This document shows, one piece after another, positions 50,765 through 63,007 of a stretch of DNA of 64,000 nucleotides. A model generated the notes under the pieces. It saw nothing but the letters and a program-made list of their open reading frames with translations, searched no databases and was not told where the DNA came from. Source of the stretch: Sminthopsis crassicaudata (taxonomy: Eukaryota). Numbering within the stretch: position 1 is the first letter of the stretch; every line of letters starts with the position of its first letter. The stretch is taken from the NCBI RefSeq assembly GCF_048593235.1, contig NC_133619.1, positions 347,462,454 through 347,526,453 on the forward strand, read 5' to 3'. The translations under genes and the position numbers were made by a program.

Positions 50765-52797
50765 AGAAAGGAAGCAGAAAACTGGGGGGGGGGGATTATG
50801 TCCAAGAATTCTAATAAAAGTCTAGAGAACTGACTCAAATTTATAAAAATACAAACTGTTCTCCAATTGATAAGTGGTCAAAAGATATGAACAGCCAGTT
50901 TTCAGATGAATAAATTAAAACTATTTCTAGTCATATGAAAAAAATGTTCTAAATCACTATTGATCAGAGAAATTCAAATTAAGATAATTCTGAGGTACCA
51001 CTATATACCTCTCAGATTGGCTAAGATGACAGGAAAAGATAATGATAAATGTTAGAGAGGATGTGGGAAAACTGGAACACTACTACATTATTGGTGGAGT
51101 TGTGAACTGATCCAACCATTCTGGAGAACAATTTGCAACTATGCCCAAAGAGTTATCAAACTTTGCTTACCCTTTGATCCAACAGTGTCTCTCCTGAGCC
51201 TGTATCCCAAAGAAATCATAACCAGGAAAAAGGACCCATATATGCAAAAATGTTTGTAGCAGCCCTTTTTATAGTGGCAAAGAACTGGAAATTGAGTGAA
51301 TGCCCATACATTGGGAAATGGCTGAATAAGTTATGATATATGAATGTTATTGTTCTAAGAAATGATCATCTAAGTGAACTGAGTTCTAACTGATGCTAAC
51401 TGAAGTGAGTAGAACCAGGAGAACATTAAACATAGCAACAATAAGATTATGTGATCATCAACTGTGATGGATGTGGCTCTTTTCAACAGAGAGGTGATTC
51501 AGGCCAATTCCAATAGACTAATGATGGAGAGAGTCATCTGCATCCAAAGAGAGAACTGTGGTAACTGAGTGTGGATCACAGCATAGTATTTTTATCTTTT
51601 TTGTTATTGTTTGCTTACTTGTTTTCCTTCTCATTTTTCCCCTTTTTGAAATGATTTTTCTTGTGCAGCATGATAAATGTGGAAATATGAATAGAAGAAT
51701 TGTACATGTTTAACATATATTGGATTACTTGCTGGAGGGAGGAGGATGTGGGGGGAAGAGAGGGAGAAAAATTTTGAAAAAGATTTTGCAAGGGTGAAAG
51801 TTGAAAACTATCTTTGCATATATTTTGAAAATAAAATGCTATTAAAAATAAAAATAACTGGAATACACAAAAAAGATTATTGGCATTTTATGAAGAAAAT
51901 AACAAAACTGACAATTTACCTTTTTTCACTTTTCAACCAGTTTCTTTAGAATTGACTAGACAGCTGTTTTGTCAGCATTAGAGCAAAATGTTAGCCTTCT
52001 CTTCTACCCATCCATTCCCCAAGGGAAAGAATAAGGAATTATAATTGAAATTTATATAAGGTTTGAATTGCCAAACATTATTTATAATTTGGCCTAAAAT
52101 AGCCTTTTTCCCAACTCCTACTTTCCTTATGGAATTTGAGATTTGAATTATGCACAAATTAAATAGGTGGAAATATAGGGTAAGATTTTGAGAATACAGA
52201 GGACCTTTCTCAGCCTCTCAAGAAAATCTCATGTGCACACATCTTTGTTTACCTACTTATTGGACAATGCCTAATTGAATGCCTGGTCTTCTGTAGTTGT
52301 TCAACTAGTTTAGTGCTCCAAGTACACTTCTTCTTTAGCAGATAATAGAATGTTAGCTCTGTCTTACATAAATCTAAAATAGCATGGAATAGTAGATAGA
52401 GAATAGGTCTCAGTCCTATGTCTGAGTTAATCACTTAACTTGCTCTAGACAACAGTCTAAGACTAAAAATTGCAAAGAATCTGGACTAGTAGAGAGAGTT
52501 GGAGTTCCCTGTACCAATGAAATCACAGGTATAGTCCCTCTCCCTTATGGAAGATGAGTGAGGCAGTATGACATAAGGGAGGGGAATAAGCAGTTATATG
52601 GTGCCTACTATGTGTTGAGCATTGTGCTAAGTGCTTTTGGCAAATATTTCACCTGAACCTCACAATAGCTCTATGATATGTGTCATTATTATTCTTATTT
52701 TAGAATTGGAGGCAAGTCCAAGAACACACAACTAGTGTCTGAGAGGGAATTTGAACTCAGGTCTTACAAGTCCAATGTTTTATTTAATATATCATTT

Positions 52798-53122
52798 NNN
52801 NNNNNNNNNNNNNNNNNNNNNNNNNNNNNNNNNNNNNNNNNNNNNNNNNNNNNNNNNNNNNNNNNNNNNNNNNNNNNNNNNNNNNNNNNNNNNNNNNNNN
52901 NNNNNNNNNNNNNNNNNNNNNNNNNNNNNNNNNNNNNNNNNNNNNNNNNNNNNNNNNNNNNNNNNNNNNNNNNNNNNNNNNNNNNNNNNNNNNNNNNNNN
53001 NNNNNNNNNNNNNNNNNNNNNNNNNNNNNNNNNNNNNNNNNNNNNNNNNNNNNNNNNNNNNNNNNNNNNNNNNNNNNNNNNNNNNNNNNNNNNNNNNNNN
53101 NNNNNNNNNNNNNNNNNNNNNN
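52798..53122. other. Assembly gap (325 N)
   Basis: Run of N. Confidence 1.
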
Positions 53123-53239
53123 CACTGGTTTATAGTCTTATATCTGACACTTGCTGATTCTATAACCTTAGTCAAGCATTGCTGCTGTTCATCCTTTGTT
53201 CTCATAGAGGATCAGTGACATGAGGAGTCCTTCACCTAT

Positions 53240-54500
53240 TAGCAAGTAGGGAGAACATTTCACCATTAGTCCTCTAGAATCATAATTGATCATTACAGCT
53301 ATTGGAGTTACTTTTTTTTTTCATTTTTATCTTTATCATATCATCATTGTGCATTCTGTTCATTTTCCTAGGTTTCTCTGAAACTATCCCCTTCATCATT
53401 TCCTAAAGCACAATAGTTTTCTATCACAATGATATAGCCATTTTCCAATGTATGGTCACCTACCATTACCACCAGTTTCCCATACTTTGCCACTTCAAAA
53501 AGATTTTTTGGTACATCGTTTAGAATTAGTTTGCTTAGGACTAATCCCTCCCTTAATCTATCTCCCATTCTATTTCCTTCCTTCTCCCTTTCCCTTCAAT
53601 TTCTCTATTGAGTGAGAAACATTTTTATACCCAATGGTATATGTGTATACAAAGGTTTGCTCCTTTGACTGGTTCAACTGAGTGTGAAGTTCAAGTCTCA
53701 GCCACTCTCCTTCACTCCTTCCTTGTTTGCATAGATGTCTGTTTGTGTAGCCTGATCTGTGTGATAATTTCCCCCAACCTTCCTTCTTCTCCTTCTTATC
53801 CTCTCTTCAGTTTTCTCTTAAAGACATATAGAACTACTTCTAGGCCTTTTATCTAATTAGACTCCCTCTATGATCCCTAATGAAAACAGGTTTCAATGGG
53901 GACATTTGCATCATATTTCCATATTAGAATGAAAGCATTTTATCACCATGAGAGTTTTATCATTGTTCATTCATATTTTCTTTTTGTGTTTTTCCTTTTT
54001 ATGTTTCTTTTAACAATGATGTTTAAACGTATTTTTTACAAAGCTCTAGTTTTTCTATTAGGAATTATTTGAAATACTCTTTATCATTAAATATATATCC
54101 CATGTTCCTGCCCTCTTGTCCCAAGAATTATACGTAATTTTTCTAGCTAAATTAGGATTTATAATCCTAAATCACTTGCTTTCTAGAAAATTGTATTCCA
54201 AACTTTCCACTGGTCACTGCTAAGTCTTGTGCGATTTTGACTGTGCTCATCAATACTTGATCAGTACTTCTTCCTAGTTGCATTTTTAGTTTGTCTTGCT
54301 AACTTTGTATTTTAGCTATATTGCTCCTGGTAGTTTTCATTTCTGAGTTTCTCTCAGTAGGTTACTAATATATCCTTTTATTTCTGCCTTTACCTTCTGG
54401 TTCTAAAATAACTGGCCACTTTAACTAACAGTTTAACTAACAGAACTAACAGTTTCTTCTCAATAATTTCTCCTCCTCCCTTTCTGTTTATTCCTTCTCA
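53240..54500 (-). mobile_element. Old L1 fragments
   Basis: ttctgttcatttt...ggtttctctgaaactatccccttcatcatttc...gcacaatagt is the reverse of the L1 ORF2 end; further L1-like T-rich sequence follows. Confidence 0.6.
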
Positions 54501-55400
54501 GTATTCTTTACTGAATCTTCATCCTTATGAATGAATGTACTACAAAGCTCTGTCCTAGACTTTTTTTCTTTTCTCTACTTTCTCACTTGGTGACCTTATC
54601 GGCTCCCTTGGTTTCATCGATCATTTCTAAGTGAATGGCTGCTAGATCTATATATTGAGCCTTAGCCTCTTTCTTGAGCTTTAGTTCCACATCACCAACT
54701 GCCTATTGAACATTTCAAACTGGATGTCTCTTGACATTTCAAATTCAACATGTCTAAAACAAGAAGATTCATTACAGTTCCCCCCAAACTTAGCCCTTTT
54801 TTAAACTATCCCTGTCAATTATACTTACTGTGTTACTACAACACACCAAACTTCTAGTCATTCAGATTTGCAACTGAGAATATTAATCATGACTCCAAAT
54901 TCTTGCATACTCTACATATCCACTGGGTTGCTTAATCTTATATCTCTCATATATGTCCCCTCACAGTCCCTCATTTTCTCTCACTTGGACAAATACAGTA
55001 GCATGCTAATTGATTTCCATCATCAAGTGCTTCCATACTCTATCTTCCATTGTAGCCACTAAAGTGGTCTTCCTAAAGTTCTGATCATGTCACTCTCAAT
55101 TCCAATAGCTCTCTATGACCTCTAGGATCAGATATAAGCTCTTCTATTAGACATTTACAATTCTGTGCAACATGGTTCCTCCTGATCTTTCCTGCCTTCT
55201 TACACATTAGTCCCTTCCACACATTCAGCAGTCTTAGCCTATTTATACTACTATACTAGCCTACTTACTGATCCTTACTAATAATATTCTCCATCTCACA
55301 ATCTTTTAATTTTATCCTTTTTAACTTTTATCCCTTTTTTCATCCCTTTGCATCTTTGCCTCTTGGAATCCCTTCAAAATTCAACTAAAATCTACCCTCT
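54500..55400 (+). mobile_element. L2 LINE fragment
   Basis: gctctgtcctagac...ttggtgaccttatcggctcccttggtttca...accaactgcctattgaacatttcaaactggatgtc...ttcaacatgtctaaaac. Confidence 0.8.
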
Positions 55401-55437
55401 TCAAGAAGTCTTTCCTACTTTCTCCAAGATGTTAGTT

Positions 55438-55692
55438 AAATTGCTGTTAAATTGTTTTTCAGTCATGTCTGACTCACTGTGACCCCATTTGGGATTTTCT
55501 TGACAGAGGTACTGGAGTATACTAACTGAGATACTGCTATTTCCTTTCTCAGCCCATTTTATAGTTGAGGAGCTGAAGCAAACAGGGGAAAGTGACTTGC
55601 TCAAGAGTCATATAGCTCATAAGTTTCTGAGACTAGATTTGAACTCAGCTCTTCCTGACGCCAGGCCTGATGCTCTATCCATTGCTCCAAAA
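55438..55692 (-). mobile_element. Mar1 CORE-SINE
   Basis: ttcagtcatgtctgactc..tgaccccatttgggattttcttg...gtgacttgctcaagagtca...gatttgaactcag...gctctatccattg. Confidence 0.85.
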
Positions 55693-57579
55693 GCTTCCCC
55701 AAAGCATTGTCTGCCCTGACCCAAATAATCACTCAGATTCCAACATCAAAAATAGTGATAACCTCTAGTCCTTATAACAGATTAGGCCCTAGGAAAAATA
55801 GACTCCCAAGAGGAAAGGTAAAAGGGAAAGGTTGCAAAGTCTTCTTTAAATGTGATCATTAATGTGAAGGTTATTTTTCCTTTATTGACTTTGAAATGAT
55901 AAAACAAACATTAGCAAGGGAACTATTCTATGTTTACTACAGGAATAAGTCTGGGAAAAAGTGAAAACCATAAGGAGTGTCTGGTATATACTAGGTACTT
56001 AATCAATGCTTATTGATTGATTGGTTGACTTATTGGAAGGAAGGTTGGTTTTCCTGATAATAAATCAATGCACTAGTAGTGGAAAAATCAAGTTTTAGAA
56101 GGAAATGGTCCCTTAAATTTAGTTATTCTATTAAACTGCACTAAGCTTCATTTGGTTTTCCTATACTTCATCCCTAAATCATAATTTACTTATGCAAAGA
56201 TAATTTAGAAAAATTTGTATACATGGAACATTCCCTTTATGGAGGTCTTAAAAAGAAGTTGACTGATGAGATTCCATAAGGTTCTTGAATTTGATGAGGG
56301 TTAATATTAAGTTGAGACATCAGTCTGTTCTATTTTCAATCAACCTGAGGGCTGATACTTATAAACTCAAAGGCAATACTCTGATTATTGATAAGACTAT
56401 AAGTTATTAGAAGTATCAAAAATAATGTGCCAATTTATGAATATTTTAATACCTTTATTTGTATAGCATTTTAAAAACTTTCTTCAAAGAATTCTTAGAT
56501 TGGCTCATCCTTTGTCTTTTCATTCCCAACATGTATTACAATAGCTGGCACACCCTTGGGCCTGTAATAAATATTGATTAATTGATGGAATCATAAACTT
56601 GTTGTGAAGGGGAACTTATCATAGATTCAGAATTTGAAAGAACCTAAGGTGTCATCTAGTCAAACTCCTTCATTTTATAAGTGAGAAAACTATTCTGTCT
56701 TTCCCTTATGTCCTCTCATTGAAATCTCATTGAAACCATCCTTGTTCAAGCCCTTCTCTCTTCTCACTTTGACTGTGAAATTGTGAATTGTGAAATTCTC
56801 TTAATTGACCTTGCTACCTCCAGTCTATCTCTTCTTTAATCTTTCTTTGACACTGAAGCTTATATATTGGCCTTGTAGTCAAGAAGAGAACTGGACTTGA
56901 ATTTCACTTTAATATTTATTAAGTATGGATTCCTGGAAAAGTCACTTAACGTCTCCAAGGCTCAATTTCTTCATATACAAAAATGGAGTTAATTATTTTT
57001 ATCTATTCTTTTTAATAACACCATCCCTTTTGCTCATGCCTCTTATGTCTTTTCTCCTTCCTCCCCTGGAAGCTAGTCCTCTTGATGATTTTTTCCTTTC
57101 TCTAGTTTTCCTTTTTTTTATTTAAAAAGTTTTCAATTTGAATTAATCTATTCCTTCCCCTTAAGGGGGGAAGCAAAAAAAATAATAAAAACAAGACAAA
57201 ACAAAAATAAATCCTTCAACAAACATCTACATGTCCCAAAAGATGTCTTTCTACATTTTAAATTTATCACTTCTCTGTCAGAAAACAAGTAGCATGTTTC
57301 ATTCTTTTGTATATTGTGCTAATTAAAGTTTAAATTAAAGTAAACTCATTCACAGTTGCTTTTCTCTATCATTGTATAAATTGCTCTAGTTCTGCTTATT
57401 CCATTCTGCATCAGTTCATAAAGGTCTTCCCCATTTCCTCTAAAATTGTGTATTTCACAATTTATCACACAACAATATTCTATTACATTGCACTATGTTC
57501 TATATCACAACTTATTTAACCATTCCTTAGTAGGTCCTTTTGTTTCCAATTTTTGACTATTATAGAAAAGCTGTTTTAT

Positions 57580-57604
57580 ACACACACACATACACACACA
57601 CACA

Positions 57605-57650
<46 letters not shown>
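57580..57650. repeat. (CA)n microsatellite
   Basis: Seen directly. Confidence 0.95.
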
Positions 57651-57653
<3 letters not shown>

Positions 57654-57699
57654 TTCTTTCCCTTTTATTTTTGATGTTTTTCAGACATAATCCTGATAG

Positions 57700-58390
57700 G
57701 GGAGTAGTTGGTCAAGGGTAAGAATTCTACCCAAATCCCAACTTATCCTTATCTTTTATTTACTTGCCTATCTCATTCAAATATTCCCATGCTTCTTTAG
57801 AAAACCTCCTCTATGTGATACAATACTCTTTTCAAGGTCCTATATCACATCTATTTGTCATCTTTCCCTAAATTTACTTCTCATCTTAATTTTTCTTCTT
57901 CTAACAAGGGAACCACCATTCTTCAAGTCACCCAGATTCACAAAGTTAAGAGTCATTGTACACTCTCACTTATCATATTTTTCTTCTTATCCTATTAATT
58001 TCCAAATCTTATTAGTTTCACCTCCTCAAAACCTCTTGCATCCACTTCTTTTTATCTATTCAAACCACAGGATCCAATAGGCTTTACTAACTCTCATCTT
58101 GATCAATACAATAGCCTGATAAATTGTTCTCCATTCTCTGATCCATCCTCAACAAAGCCGTCAAATTGATATTCCTAAAGAGTATGGCTAATTATGCCAT
58201 TTCTCAATCCAGGAAGATCCTATGATTCTTTACCTCTGCCTCTTATAATCCCTTCTATGTCACTTCCTTCAAAAGATATTTTTCTGATTCTCCCAGATTT
58301 TAGTGTGCTTAATAAATCACTATGCATTTACCTTATTTATCTTGTATATATCCTGTATTTCTTAATCTGCAAACTTTTTGTACATACATA

Positions 58391-58471
<81 letters not shown>

Positions 58472-58575
58472 TGTAAGGTCTTCAAAGGCAAAGCCTATCT
58501 CATTTTTATATTTTAATCTTCATCCCTTAGCTTACCTCTTGGAAAATGATAGGCCCTTAATAAATGCCTATTAAT
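57700..58575 (+). mobile_element. L2 LINE fragment containing a (GA)n expansion
   Basis: ggaaccaccattcttcaagtcacccagattcac...cttgatcaatacaatagcctg...gataggcccttaataaatgcctattaattgg. Confidence 0.65.
58394..58466. repeat. (GA)n microsatellite
   Basis: Seen directly. Source of the ERERER ORFs. Confidence 0.97.
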
Positions 58576-59864
58576 TGGCTGGTTGCCCATACTACTTCTT
58601 CTGCATTTAAAATATTCTACCTTATATTACCTTTTATGGATATGCTTTTTTTTTCAGATTGGCAGTAAATCCCTGGATGAGAGAGATTGTGTCATATATC
58701 TTTGTAAGGATTAAGTCACAGAGCTCCCACAATGTAGGTATTTAATAACTGGTTGTTGGATGCAGTGATGATGATTTCAAGTAATGGAATTCAATGGAGA
58801 GGAGGGTGTGCTGGAATGGTTTGTTTCCCAGAAGAATTCCCTGTAGAAATCCTCCCCACATTCATTTAAAATAGGATTTGGTTTTATATATTGAAAACAA
58901 CATTTCTGGAATATATCAATCAATTAAACTACGGGAAGGTACCCCATGAGTTGTTCAAATCCATAGAAATTTGTTCTAGGTCTATGTTTTTGAGCATCTT
59001 TTCTCTCCTTATCCCAAGCAGGTGTCACCTCATTCAATCAGTAATTCATTACCACTGCCATTAGAAGCATAGCTCAGATCTCAGGGGGGTTAGTCTAAGC
59101 TGAATGTGGAGGCTTTCAGTGACTCAGGGCCTAAACTACAAATTCCTATTAAGTACTCTGGATTTAATAGCTGCTATTAATACAAATTATGCTTCATTAA
59201 GCATGAAGTTGAGGAGAACCATACTCCAAAGCTCTGGTTCAATATAGGACTGAAGGACAAATAGAACAAATGTTTTTATTCCTAGCAATCTCAGCCAGGT
59301 GTAAAAAAGACAGTCACTTCTGCACTCAATTCATCAGATAGAGGTTTAATTACATTCTGAGTTGATTTTATTTTAAAAATTTAAATAAATGTTGCTTATT
59401 TTAAACTTAGTCAATGCATGGTTTTATCTGAGTGAAATATTTCCAAGCCACAATGTGTTTTTTAAAGGTTAGCATACTCCCAGAAAATTAAAGAGGGTCT
59501 TAAAGGGAGAAAGTTATTTCGTATCCATTGGCAGCTGTCTAGAAGTGTTTCCTCAGTAAAATATGAGCAAATAAAACATCTTCAGTTGAAGGAAAGTTTG
59601 AATAGGCTCTAGATTCATGTAATACCTAACTAGCCAATGGAAAAGCAGAGGGAAAATCAGTAAAAACAAAAACAAAAAAAGTCAATTAAATAAGCATTTA
59701 TGTACATTATATGTGATGATAGGTACAGAAAACTGTCTTGGGTGGGATGGGGAAGGATAATAAGCACCTGTATTGTGAGGACTTGATGAGCCTTTTTGAG
59801 AACTGCTCATTCACCTTTTGTGTTTCACCTTTCAGCCAAGTCTGACTTGTAGTTCCAAGAAGCT

Positions 59865-60056
59865 AAGGGGTTCTCAAACTATGGCCTGCGGGCCAGATGG
59901 GGCCCGCTGAGGATGTTTATGTAGACCGCGGGGTTATGGCAAATGGGCTGAGGGGAGGAGACAGAATGTAAGGTTTTTTTTTTACTATAGTCCGGCCCTC
60001 CCACAGTCTGAGGGATAGTGAACTGGCCCCCTATTTAAAAAGTTTGAGGACCACTG
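59865..60056 (+). mobile_element. OC1 (OposCharlie1)-like non-autonomous hAT transposon, 192 bp
   Basis: TIRs aaggggttctcaaact ... agtttgaggaccactg. 5' atggcctgcgggccagatggggcccgctgaggat and 3' actatagtccggccctcccacagtctgagggatagtgaactggccccctatttaaaaagtttgagga match my recall of OC1 ends. Several CpGs retained. Confidence 0.8.
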
Positions 60057-60266
60057 ATTGGCCACACCCTAGTAAAACTATCTTGGCACATGGGCTAAAC
60101 TAGTTTGAAAGCAACTGGCAGGTCTCAAATTCTGAGTGCATTAGGGGAAGATCTACCCCAAGCATGTGAAGATTCCCTTAGGTGGAATGGGTGGATGAAA
60201 ACAATTTGTTCCAACAGCCATGAAGTTACCTGAAACAGGTAATGTGGAGCACTCAGAGCTCCACAC

Positions 60267-63007
60267 AGATCATTTACTATGTCCCTATTACCAGTTATCT
60301 TTATTATTTTTTTTTTGGTCACTGGACTTCAATGACCTTGGAAGAAAGAGGGAAACTGATGACTATGTGCAACTTTGCCTCACTTAAAACTCATCCACTC
60401 ACAAGTCAAGACATCATCTGTGATCTCATTGATCTTCAAAAGAAAGGAGAAACACTGTGTTCCATTATGTAAAGCATTGGGATAAGTGCTTTACAAATAT
60501 TATCTCATTTGACCTTTCCAACAGCTCTTTAGGGTAGGTATTATTATTACACTTATTTTACAGTTGAAGAACCTGAGACAGACACAAGTTAAGTAACTTG
60601 CCTTTTGTTATATAGCTAATATGTATTACAACAACAGTCAGCCAAAGAATTGAAAAAAGTTTTGCTTTTATTCTCAGTGGTTTAGAAAGGAATTGGAGGT
60701 AGAGAGAGTATTTGGAACTCACTTTTAAAAGAAAAATAATGTTCAAATAAAGTATAATTTTTTTAAAAAAGAAAACACTAAACTTTGAGGATCTACATAT
60801 AAAGCAACACAAGAGATACTAACAGAAGGAAATGTGGCCTCTAGATCAGGTAAAAGAATGTAGACATCCATGAATAAATATTGTAAGACAAAGAATATGA
60901 ATCAAATTTTAATGAGGCAGAGGACCTATGAATTCAAAGAAAGAATAGTCCTGAATGATTCAAAGCATAAATAATAATTGTCAAAGCAGAATTTATAGTC
61001 TACGTAGGATAAATATTTGACAGAATAAAAAATTTTGAATCTCTGGTGGCAATTTTAATCAACAAATAAATGAAAGAGAGAATAACTGGGACACAAACAC
61101 ACAGAGGTGAAAGAAAACCCTAAAAAAGAAAAGCAAATGCACAATGTTAAAAGAAAACATAATCTCCATACAAGCAGAACATATACAGAGAAAGATTTTA
61201 AAGATTATGGTCTTCTAGAAAAATATCACAAGTCAAAAGATCTGAACAGTGAAATGTAGGAAAGATATAAGAAAACTGCCCAAAACTTCTGAATATGGAA
61301 AACAAAGTATCAGTTGAAAGAATCTGCACATTGTCTCTAAAAAAAAGAAAAGAAAAATGCCTATGTTGCAAATTCCAAGATACACAGTGGCTATATTTAA
61401 GAATTCCATTGACAAAGAACAAATTCTGCAAGTAATCAGGAGGAAAATCTTCAAATATAAAATAAAGAAAATTCAAATAAAACAAGACAATTATATACCT
61501 ACTAGAAACAATAAGAGGGGATGGAATAGTGTTTCTGAAATGCAAATGATCTCAAGAGGATGACATATATTGCAAACCCAAACCTAAATAGTAATGAAAA
61601 AAAGATAGATATTCAATATTTTAAAAAGAAAAAGAAGATCATTTACTATGTCCCTATTACCAGTTATCTTTATTATTTTTTTTTTTTGGTCACTGGACTT
61701 CAATGACCTTGGAAGAAAGAGGGAAACTGATGACTATGTGCAACTTTGCCTCACTTAAAACTCATCCACTCACAAGTCAAGACATCACCTGTGATCTCAT
61801 TGATCTTCAAAAGAAAGGAGAAACACTGTGTTCCATTATGTAAAGCATTGGGATAAGTGCTTTACAAATATTATCTCATTTGACCTTTCCAACAGCTCTT
61901 TAGGGTAGGTATTATTATTACACTTATTTTACAGTTGAAGAACCTGAGACAGACACAAGTTAAGTAACTTGCCTTTTGTTATATAGCTAATATGTATTAC
62001 AACAACAGTCAGCCAAAGAATTGAAAAAAGTTTTGCTTTTATTCTCAGTGGTTTAGAAAGGAATTGGAGGTAGAGAGAGTATTTGGAACTCACTTTTAAA
62101 AGAAAAATAATGTTCAAATAAAGTATAATTTTTTTAAAAAAGAAAACACTAAACTTTGAGGATCTACATATAAAGCAACACAAGAGATACTAACAGAAGG
62201 AAATGTGGCCTCTAGATCAGGTAAAAGAATGTAGACATCCATGAATAAATATTGTAAGACAAAGAATATGAATCAAATTTTAATGAGGCAGAGGACCTAT
62301 GAATTCAAAGAAAGAATAGTCCTGAATGATTCAAAGCATAAATAATAATTGTCAAAGCAGAATTTATAGTCTACGTAGGATAAATATTTGACAGAATAAA
62401 AAATTTTGAATCTCTGGTGGCAATTTTAATCAACAAATAAATGAAAGAGAGAATAACTGGGACACAAACACACAGAGGTGAAAGAAAACCCTAAAAAAGA
62501 AAAGCAAATGCACAATGTTAAAAGAAAACATAATCTCCATACAAGCAGAACATATACAGAGAAAGATTTTAAAGATTATGGTCTTCTAGAAAAATATCAC
62601 AAGTCAAAAGATCTGAACAGTGAAATGTAGGAAAGATATAAGAAAACTGCCCAAAACTTCTGAATATGGAAAACAAAGTATCAATTGAAAGAATCTGCAC
62701 ATTGTCTCTAAAAAAAGAAAAGAAAAATGCCTATGTTGCAAATTCCAAGATACACAGTGGCTATATTTAAGAATTCCATTGACAAAGAACAAATTCTGCA
62801 AGTAATCAGGAGGAAAATCTTCAAATATAAAATAAAGAAAATTCAAATAAAACAAGACAATTATATACCTACTAGAAACAATAAGAGGGGATGGAATAGT
62901 GTTTCTGAAATGCAAATGATCTCAAGAGGATGACATATATTGCAAACCCAAACCTAAATAGTAATGAAAAAAAGATAGATATTCAATATTTTAAAAAGAA
63001 AAAGAAG
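60267..63007. repeat. Near-identical tandem duplication, unit ~1370 bp (60267-61637 and 61636-63007)
   Basis: Identical ORFs at offsets 1370-1371. I found only two substitutions and two homopolymer-length differences. 2-bp AG microhomology at the junction. Confidence 0.97.
60800..61600 (+). mobile_element. Decayed L1 ORF1 fragment (duplicated at ~62170-62970)
   Basis: Translates as KEQILQVIRRKIFKY...IKQD...RGWN, resembling L1 ORF1 KEKILQAAR.K.FKY...RITQD...RAWN. Confidence 0.6.

Larger units (their letters stand above)
48815..51850 (+). mobile_element. 5'-truncated L1: decayed ORF2 RT through 3'UTR, interrupted at 50255-50764
   Basis: [41 protein letters not shown] (FADD at 49289-49300), CWENW. 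Multiple stops and frameshifts. A-rich 3' end. Confidence 0.95.

Noticed and set aside
52678-53218. Long ORFs containing X runs (also 11869-12225)
   Set aside because: Artefacts of N gaps.
58194-58574. ERERER-rich ORF
   Set aside because: (GA)n microsatellite inside an L2 remnant.
60267-63007. Duplicated ORFs (84 aa and 68 aa) as a gene pair, or a CRISPR-like array
   Set aside because: They are explained by the tandem duplication of MIR and L1 ORF1 remnants. There is no repeat-spacer structure.
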